The notes under the pieces were generated by a model. It was not told where the DNA came from. It made no database searches and saw nothing but the letters and a program-made list of their open reading frames with translations. Shown one piece after another: positions 58,801 through 64,000 of a stretch of DNA of 64,000 nt (within the stretch, counting starts at the first letter, position 1; every line of letters starts with the position of its first letter). Where the stretch lies: positions 416,001 to 480,000 of the forward strand of contig CAVPCR010000001.1 of assembly GCA_963702435.1 (NCBI GenBank), written 5' to 3'. The DNA comes from Candidatus Eiseniibacteriota bacterium (GTDB lineage Bacteria; Eisenbacteria; RBG-16-71-46; CAVPCR01). The position numbers and the translations under genes were made by a program.

Positions 58801-60692
58801 AGCGGGCTCGCCGCCGCGATCGCGTCGGGCGCCCGCCGCCAGATCGGGAGCTCGGGATCTCCGAGGAGGGTGAGCGCGAACTGGATCCAGCGGTAGGCGG
58901 TCTCGGACGACGACCCGCCGATGAAGGGGATCTTCGACCAGCCGACCGCCTCGCCGGCCGCGGTCACGCTGTCGGCGAACACGAGGCGGTAGAACTCGTT
59001 CTGGAAAGGTCGCGACTCGCCGGAGAAGGCGACGCGCGAGCTCCCGATGTAGGCGACGCCGCCGCCGGTCGGGTTCTTCAAGAAGCGCTCGCCGATCGCG
59101 GCGAAGTCGAAGGCCGCGGAGGAGCAGTTGATCGCATAGACGACCGACTGCCGGTCCCCGTTCGTCAGGTTGTCGACGTCCGAGTTGCCGAGCGTGCCGT
59201 CGCCCACCGACATCGTGTTCCGGTAGCCGTGGCCGACGTGGTGCACGATGCCGAAGCCGGCGTTGATCGAGTCGATGACCGCCGAGCGGATCTCGGGGAT
59301 GGAGCCCGGGAAGGCCTGGTAGTTCTCGTACATGCGGACGAGGCGCATGCCGGCCGGCAGGCGCTGGCGGACATCCTCGCAGTACTCCGCGCCATCCGCA
59401 CCCGGAGCGAGCACCTCGCCGAGGAGGAGCGCCGAGCTGGGGTAGCGGCTGCCGAGACCGAGACCTCGCTCGTAGCCCTGGGTCTTCGCGATGAAGGCGG
59501 CGACGGCCGCCGCGTTCGATACGGGAGCGCGCCCGAGGTAGAGCTCGGGGACCAAGTCGGCCGAGTCCCCGCCGGCGGGAAAGCCCGGCGGGATCCCCTC
59601 GCCGAAGAGCTCGTCCCCGTCCGCGTTCCAGTTGCCGTCGAGGCACGAGAAGTAGAGATCGGTGGGGATCAGCTCCGGGGGATTCGCGAGCGCGTGCGCC
59701 GCGTAGCGCGCCGGGATCACGTCCGAGTCGCCGCCGAGGAGCACCCAGAGCGTGCCCCAGTTCTCGTAGGCATCGGTGAGAAAGGCGCGGAGCTTCTCCG
59801 CCCGGTCGACCCCCGGGTAGGAGGTGTCGATCCACTCGATCGTGCGCACGACGGCCTGCACGCCCTTCCTCGTCTTCCAGTCCGCGAACGGCTGGAAAGA
59901 GGACTCGAGGGCCGCCGAGGTCACGATGACGTACTCGACCGGGCTGCCGTCGGCCGTCGGCCGGTAGGTCGGGCTCCAGAACATGGCGCTGCTCTCGGCC
60001 GGGAGCGGCGCCATCCTGGCGCGCGCGGCGCCGCCGCGGAGGTCGACCGTGACGCGATCGAGCGTCGCGTCCACCTTCGCTTCCCAGGGTACGGCCCGCG
60101 GGCGGCGACCGGTCGCCGGGGCGGGCGCGGTGATGAGCTCGATCGTCATCTCGGTTGCGAGCTCCACCTCCCCGGACACCGGATTCGCCCGGAGCGGGAA
60201 GAGCACGACATGCACCAGCCTGTGCCCGCGGAGGAAGCCCTCGCCGGCGGCGAGGACGCCCAGCTCGGGGATCATCCGGTCGGCGCCGTAGATGACGGGA
60301 TCGGCGCTGCGCGGCGCCTCGCCCTCGCGCGCGGGGGCCGGCGCCGGCGCCAGGCGATGGCGACCGAGGGCCGCCGTGCGTTCGCTCACGACGTGCGCCG
60401 ATTCCACGCGGACGTCGTCCTCGACGCGCACCACGAGCCGGATCACCGGCAGATCGGGAGCGCCGGTCCTCATCCAGCGATCGGCCGATCCGGCGAGCGC
60501 GACGATCTCCTCCCCGCCCGGGAGCGCCGTGAAGGTCACATCCCGCGGATCGATGGCCACCGTGATCCGCTTCGCTTCGGGCTCGGCCGCCACGACCCGG
60601 GATGGCTCGGCATCGACCGGGCCGCCCACGAAGGCGGCGCCCAGGGTCAGGGCGGCGATGAGGGACGGGAGACGCAGGGTGAAAAACCGCAT
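55887..60692 (-). CDS. gingipain-like C25 cysteine peptidase with Ig/Fn3 modules, FG-GAP/VCBS repeats and FlgD-like C-terminal domain
   Basis: WKTRKG, LLGGD, YLGRAPV, HVGHG...AINC (His/Cys dyad), LLGDPEL; eight DxDxDG-like repeats; FPNPFNPSTTI...YDVEGRLVRKL...WDG...SGAYF. Confidence 0.88.
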   Translation of the reverse strand: MRFFTLRLPSLIAALTLGAAFVGGPVDAEPSRVVAAEPEAKRITVAIDPRDVTFTALPGGEEIVALAGSADRWMRTGAPDLPVIRLVVRVEDDVRVESAHVVSERTAALGRHRLAPAPAPAREGEAPRSADPVIYGADRMIPELGVLAAGEGFLRGHRLVHVVLFPLRANPVSGEVELATEMTIELITAPAPATGRRPRAVPWEAKVDATLDRVTVDLRGGAARARMAPLPAESSAMFWSPTYRPTADGSPVEYVIVTSAALESSFQPFADWKTRKGVQAVVRTIEWIDTSYPGVDRAEKLRAFLTDAYENWGTLWVLLGGDSDVIPARYAAHALANPPELIPTDLYFSCLDGNWNADGDELFGEGIPPGFPAGGDSADLVPELYLGRAPVSNAAAVAAFIAKTQGYERGLGLGSRYPSSALLLGEVLAPGADGAEYCEDVRQRLPAGMRLVRMYENYQAFPGSIPEIRSAVIDSINAGFGIVHHVGHGYRNTMSVGDGTLGNSDVDNLTNGDRQSVVYAINCSSAAFDFAAIGERFLKNPTGGGVAYIGSSRVAFSGESRPFQNEFYRLVFADSVTAAGEAVGWSKIPFIGGSSSETAYRWIQFALTLLGDPELPIWRRAPDAIAAASPLAVALGAGSYSVTATVGGVPLRGARATLWKTGDAFATGVTQPDGVATLPWTPAATGSFHVTVTHPDYQPVEKTAAVVPASGPFLHVTQVTINDDGLPPSAGNANGQPDAGERIEVSVRLRNDGSATATGVSGILTLLSGGAHASIVQGTVSYGTLAVGGQSTGTAPFVVDLNRAAPDAFEPVFQLAILSNQGASSDRFEIAVRGFEIEHYAHQLTDPGPGGNGNGVPEPGESVSYRVTVRNNGTGRADGVALILRVLNRTTMLPDPQVTVTDQNASFGNVSPGATSLGDAVSFSMGAGAVVNNLLLELSWRDVRGALRVEHCDLVPPDAAEGLTGDGRVSSIRLHWTKPDSSDVRGYDIYRSTTPQSGFVRINTFTAAGSSTYEDSNLPSLTRYYYYVVARDASFNQGVASPVISATTTPPLASGWPIEMAQQTAAGVAVDDLDRDGDLEIVTGADAIYAWHADGSELRDGDANPLTSGVFATDGQNGDFGFHATPAIADLTDDGDLEIIGVAWREAKVYVWNVDGTLEPGWPQTIGGDFNWASPAVADLDLDGDLEIVVASGLQGKIFAWHHDGTEVADGDGNPTTQGILFLSGSSFLYSSPAIGNIDQDQYPEIVFGTQSAGGFVYALSRTGSVKPGWPRETHNQVTSSPALADLDGTGGPHEVIISSESDSVFVLRGDGSDYPGWPRPAMVNSNTGHSGSPVVADVDGDGNLDVICAANDGRMHVWKRDGTVMPGWSAVYFGQDVLSADVTQSTPTIADVDSDGRLEILIGAENGFVYGWNHDGTTLAGFPISLGGEQRSAVTIWDVDQDNLVELLATSNDRNIYVWDLTGEFRGDRIPWPFFRHDVRNTGCFSTDFTSIGIADPEPAPEVAATPVLYPAFPNPFNPSTTIRFLVPGERGAARPVRLAVYDVEGRLVRKLVDGPFGTGEQAVRWDGRTAAGGRAASGAYFMKLEVAGATLTGKLLLLQ

Positions 60693-60981
60693 GCTCGATC
60701 CTCGGGCCTCATGGGGAGGCCGCTCTTGGATTGCTGGTGATGGGGGTGCTTCGCCGCGCGACCGCTCGTGGGCGGGTCGGCCCGCGCGCGTCTGGCTGTC
60801 GATCACCTCGAGACGAACGACCCGGCCATGCGGCGCAGGTGGCAGCAAGTCCGGCTCGTCTGATACTCGAGATCGTTAGCTTGGTGCGATGCGCGGTTCC
60901 TGAGCCGGCGGAGGTCCGGCGCTTGGAGGTTGGAGGCTGTGCGGCACCCCGGGACCACGGCGTGCGTCGTGATGCGATCTA

Positions 60982-61010
60982 AATGTAATGCAAACGGCCG
61001 CTTAAGTCAA
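60982..61010 (-). promoter_or_regulatory. putative sigma70 promoter of the C25/FG-GAP gene
   Basis: TTGACT-17 nt-TACATT within an AT-rich patch. Confidence 0.65.
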
Positions 61011-61093
61011 GTCCCGCCGGGCCCCGGAGACCTCCCCGCGACCGGATGGGGACACCTGCGGGCATCAGGTGTCCCCTTTCGAAGCAAGGCATC

Positions 61094-62854
61094 CTAGCCC
61101 TGGCCCGTTCCGAGGCGCTCGAGATGCCGTTCGACCCCGTGCTTGCGCTCGAGATCGGCGAGCAGGGTCTCCAGCCGCTTCTCGGACTCGGTGTTGCCGA
61201 GAGTGCGCTCGACCCTCCACTGCGCCTTGTCGAAGGGCACCGTCCCCTCCGGAGTGTGCTCCATGAGGATGAAGACCGTGTGAGCGCCATCCGACTCGAG
61301 GGCGTGCCCGACCTCCCCCACCTTCATGGTGCGGGCCACCTCGGCCACCTTGGCGACGGTCGGTCCCTCCCGCCGCCCCGAATCGCGCTCGGACTGGACC
61401 ATGTGCCCGGTCTTCGCCACCTCGGCCTCGAGGCTGTCGAACATGGCGGACGCGCGCTGCCGCTCCTGGTCGGTGATCGTGGAATCGAACGCCACCTTGG
61501 CGATCGGCTCCATCGCCTCGACCAGCCATTGCGCGACCGAGGGGTCGTTCACCATGAAGAAGGAGTAGCGCACGATCTCCTCCTGGTGGAACTCCTCGGC
61601 ATGCTGGTCGTAGTAGGCCCGCATCTCGGCGTCCGTGAAGCGGATGTCCTGCGTCAGCTCCCCGTAGAGCCGGTCCACCGCCAGTTCCTCGCGCTTCAGG
61701 GCCACCCTGCGCTTCCAGTCGGGATCCTGGTCGAGACCGCGCTCCCTGGCCTCGACGAGGCGCATCCGCTGGTAGAAGACGTCGCGCACGTCGGCCCGGA
61801 TGCCGAACTGGTTGACGCGGCGATTCAGGCTCTGGCGGTTGCCCGCGGCAATGTGGTCGCGGTAGTCGGCAACGCTGACGCGACCCTCGCTGTACGTGGC
61901 GAGGACGCGCTCCGGCTCGCGCGGCGTCCACATGCCGCGGATCGGCGCCATGCTGCGCACCGAGTCCTCCAGGGCGGCGCGGAAGGCGGCCTCCGCCTCG
62001 ATCGCGGTGGCGGTGATCGCGGCCTCGTCGGGCTGGTAGCCGTGCTCGGTCCGGTACCCGGCGAGAACGGCGTTCCGCCGGTCGCCCTGGCGCGTGGCCA
62101 GGATGTCGGTCCTCGCGCTCTCGCGATCGACGGACTGGTCCGCCGGCAGCGGGCGGAGCGAGTCGACGACCGCGAGATGCCAGCCATACGTGCTCGGGAA
62201 GGGCCCCACCACCTTGCCGATCGTGAGCGGGTAGAGGGCCTGGCGGAACTCGGTGATGAGCTGCCGATCGGTGAGCCACCAGAGGAGCCCGCCGTCGGGA
62301 GCGGTCTGATTGTCGAGGCTCACGTCCTTCGCCACTGCGGCGAACGGCTCGCCGGCATCGAGGCGATGGCGCGCCGAGTCGACCGCGGCACGCGACCAGT
62401 GGATGATGTGGCGCATCCGGATCTCGTCCTTCGCGCGCGCGAGGGCCGCCTCGATCTCCACATCGGTCACCGTGGTGTCGATCTGTCCCTCCCCTTCGCG
62501 CACCTGGTCGCGCAGGAGGGTGGCGCCGTAGGCCTCCGCCGTCGAGTCCACCCTGGCGTCGAAGTAACCCCGCTCCTTCGCCTCGAGAACGAGAAGCTCC
62601 TTCTGGATCAGGGATTCGAGGAGCGCTTTCCTGATCGAGTCGGGGTCGGCGTCGGCGGCAACCGGGAGCCGCTTGAACTGCGCTTCGAACTCGGACCGGG
62701 TGATGGTCCGGCTCGCCCCGATCTTCGCCAGGACTGGGTCCTCCTCGCCATGCGAGGCGGCGATGGCGGCGAGAAGACCGGCGGCCAGGAGCAAGGCGGC
62801 GACGGCGCCGCCCGCGAGCGGTCGCTTCCGGTTCGCCTCTCTGTGCCCATTCAT
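61094..62854 (-). CDS. PpiC/parvulin-type peptidyl-prolyl isomerase (SurA/PrsA-like foldase)
   Basis: Signal peptide; ESLIQKELL, IRMRHI, FAAVAKDVSLD...GGLL and GPFPSTYGWH motifs; second degenerate rotamase domain. Confidence 0.85.
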   Translation of the reverse strand: MNGHREANRKRPLAGGAVAALLLAAGLLAAIAASHGEEDPVLAKIGASRTITRSEFEAQFKRLPVAADADPDSIRKALLESLIQKELLVLEAKERGYFDARVDSTAEAYGATLLRDQVREGEGQIDTTVTDVEIEAALARAKDEIRMRHIIHWSRAAVDSARHRLDAGEPFAAVAKDVSLDNQTAPDGGLLWWLTDRQLITEFRQALYPLTIGKVVGPFPSTYGWHLAVVDSLRPLPADQSVDRESARTDILATRQGDRRNAVLAGYRTEHGYQPDEAAITATAIEAEAAFRAALEDSVRSMAPIRGMWTPREPERVLATYSEGRVSVADYRDHIAAGNRQSLNRRVNQFGIRADVRDVFYQRMRLVEARERGLDQDPDWKRRVALKREELAVDRLYGELTQDIRFTDAEMRAYYDQHAEEFHQEEIVRYSFFMVNDPSVAQWLVEAMEPIAKVAFDSTITDQERQRASAMFDSLEAEVAKTGHMVQSERDSGRREGPTVAKVAEVARTMKVGEVGHALESDGAHTVFILMEHTPEGTVPFDKAQWRVERTLGNTESEKRLETLLADLERKHGVERHLERLGTGQG

Positions 62855-62855
62855 A

Positions 62856-64000
62856 TCAGTTCGCACCTCCCGTGCTCTGGACATAGGCCGGATCGATCCA
62901 CACCGGATGCCGGGCCTTCAGATCGGCCAGCATCTGCTCGAGGATCTTGTCGGCGCGGATGTTGCGAAGCGACTTCTGCACGGTCGAGCGCACCTCGTCG
63001 AAGGGCGCCTGGTGACCGGGCTCCTCGTCGAGCATGATGAAGACGGTCCAGTAGCCGTCCTCGTCGATGACACGACCCACCGCCCCCGGCTGCATACCCG
63101 TTGCCCGCGCATAGAGGACCGGATGCTCGGCCTCGTTGAACCACTTGCCCTCGGGGATCTGCGTGCGGATCAAGCCGCGCGCCAGGTGGTCCTTGAGCAG
63201 CGAGTCGGGGTTGGCCGCCCTGGTGGACAGGGCCTCTTCCATCGCCGCCGCGGCGGCCGGATCGGCCTGGTACTGGAGGCAGGCGAGCTTGACCTGGGGC
63301 TCGACCACGAACTGGTCCGGGTGCTCCGCGTAGTAGGCCCGCTCGTCGGCCTCCGTGAAGGTGGGCTTCTCGAGCACCTCGATGCGGTAGAAATCGGTGA
63401 CCGCCATCTCCTCGCGCTTGCGCTCGACTTCGCTCCTGACCGCCGGCTCCTGGTCGTAGCCCCTGGCGCTGGCCTCCCTGGCCTGGGCGGCTCGACGGAA
63501 GTCGGCGGCCGCATCGCCGACGATGAAGTGCGGGTTCCGGCGGTCGACGATCGCGAGCCCGGGGAGCTCGCTCACGAACCGCCAGTCCTCGAAGATGAGG
63601 AAACGGCCGAAGTCCCAGGTCGCCACCGGCGCGGCGAGCAGCCGGTCGGGAAGCACGACGCTCCGCTTGGCGATCTCCTCCTGGTCCTCGCGGCTCGCAC
63701 CGGGGTTCTGCTTCACGGCGCCGGCGACCGCGTTCCGGAACTCACCCGCGAGCTCGTTCACGGCCGGCCAGTTCGGCGTGAAGTGATAGCGCGCCTCGAG
63801 CTCGGCGTAGACCGCATTCGTCGCCTCCATCTCGCGGAAGATCTTGTAGCGGTACTCGATGAAGGGCCGCGTCTCCGCCGTGAGCGGCCGGAAGTTGGGA
63901 TTGGGCTTCCGGCCGTGGAACTGGAAGACGTGATAGCCGGATTCGGTCCGGAACGGGCCGCGGACCTCGCCCGGCTGCATGGTGGCGAATTCCTCGAGCA
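62856..64000 (-). CDS. second PpiC-type foldase (5' end outside the window)
   Basis: MQPGEVRGPFRTESGYH, TEADERAYYAEHPDQF and PFDEVRSTV motifs; paralogous layout to the downstream gene. Confidence 0.8.
   Translation of the reverse strand, partial: LEEFATMQPGEVRGPFRTESGYHVFQFHGRKPNPNFRPLTAETRPFIEYRYKIFREMEATNAVYAELEARYHFTPNWPAVNELAGEFRNAVAGAVKQNPGASREDQEEIAKRSVVLPDRLLAAPVATWDFGRFLIFEDWRFVSELPGLAIVDRRNPHFIVGDAAADFRRAAQAREASARGYDQEPAVRSEVERKREEMAVTDFYRIEVLEKPTFTEADERAYYAEHPDQFVVEPQVKLACLQYQADPAAAAAMEEALSTRAANPDSLLKDHLARGLIRTQIPEGKWFNEAEHPVLYARATGMQPGAVGRVIDEDGYWTVFIMLDEEPGHQAPFDEVRSTVQKSLRNIRADKILEQMLADLKARHPVWIDPAYVQSTGGAN

Overview
Very GC-rich bacterial chromosomal window, almost entirely minus-strand core and envelope genes. 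No transposase, integrase, phage gene, CRISPR array, rRNA or tRNA was recognised. Gene content (C25 peptidases with FlgD/T9SS-like C-terminal domains, a GWxTD protein, small secreted proteins ending in TWGxxK) suggests an FCB-group lineage such as Ca. Eisenbacteria; this is inference only. Blocks: (1) a PyrR-attenuated pyrimidine operon (pyrR-pyrB-pyrC-carA-carB-[TPR lipoprotein]-pyrK-pyrD-pyrF) running directly into four nucleotide-sugar genes; (2) cohesin-like secreted protein, GT4, membrane hydrolase, DAHP synthase, YfhO-like protein, MFS transporter, methyltransferase; (3) rsgA with an upstream leader peptide and 37-bp direct repeats; (4) PTS-IIA-vanZ-hisS-aspS and phoH-7TM/HD-ybeY-CBS-CBS-recO-glyQ-glyS, with two unexplained structured leader or small RNAs; (5) an envelope/secretion cluster (TonB C-terminal protein, GWxTD-TPR lipoprotein, PorU-like C25 protein, diguanylate cyclase, clpB, TWG-tail protein, large C25/FG-GAP protease, two PpiC-type foldases). 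The best candidates for new biology are the recurring TWG(R/Q)(V/I)K C-terminal tag near a PorU-like enzyme, the switch-like non-T-box attenuator ahead of hisS-aspS, the structured RNA between aspS and phoH, and the uORF-bearing rsgA leader. Two genes carry apparent single-base frameshifts that may be sequencing errors. All calls are from visual motif recognition; no searches were run.
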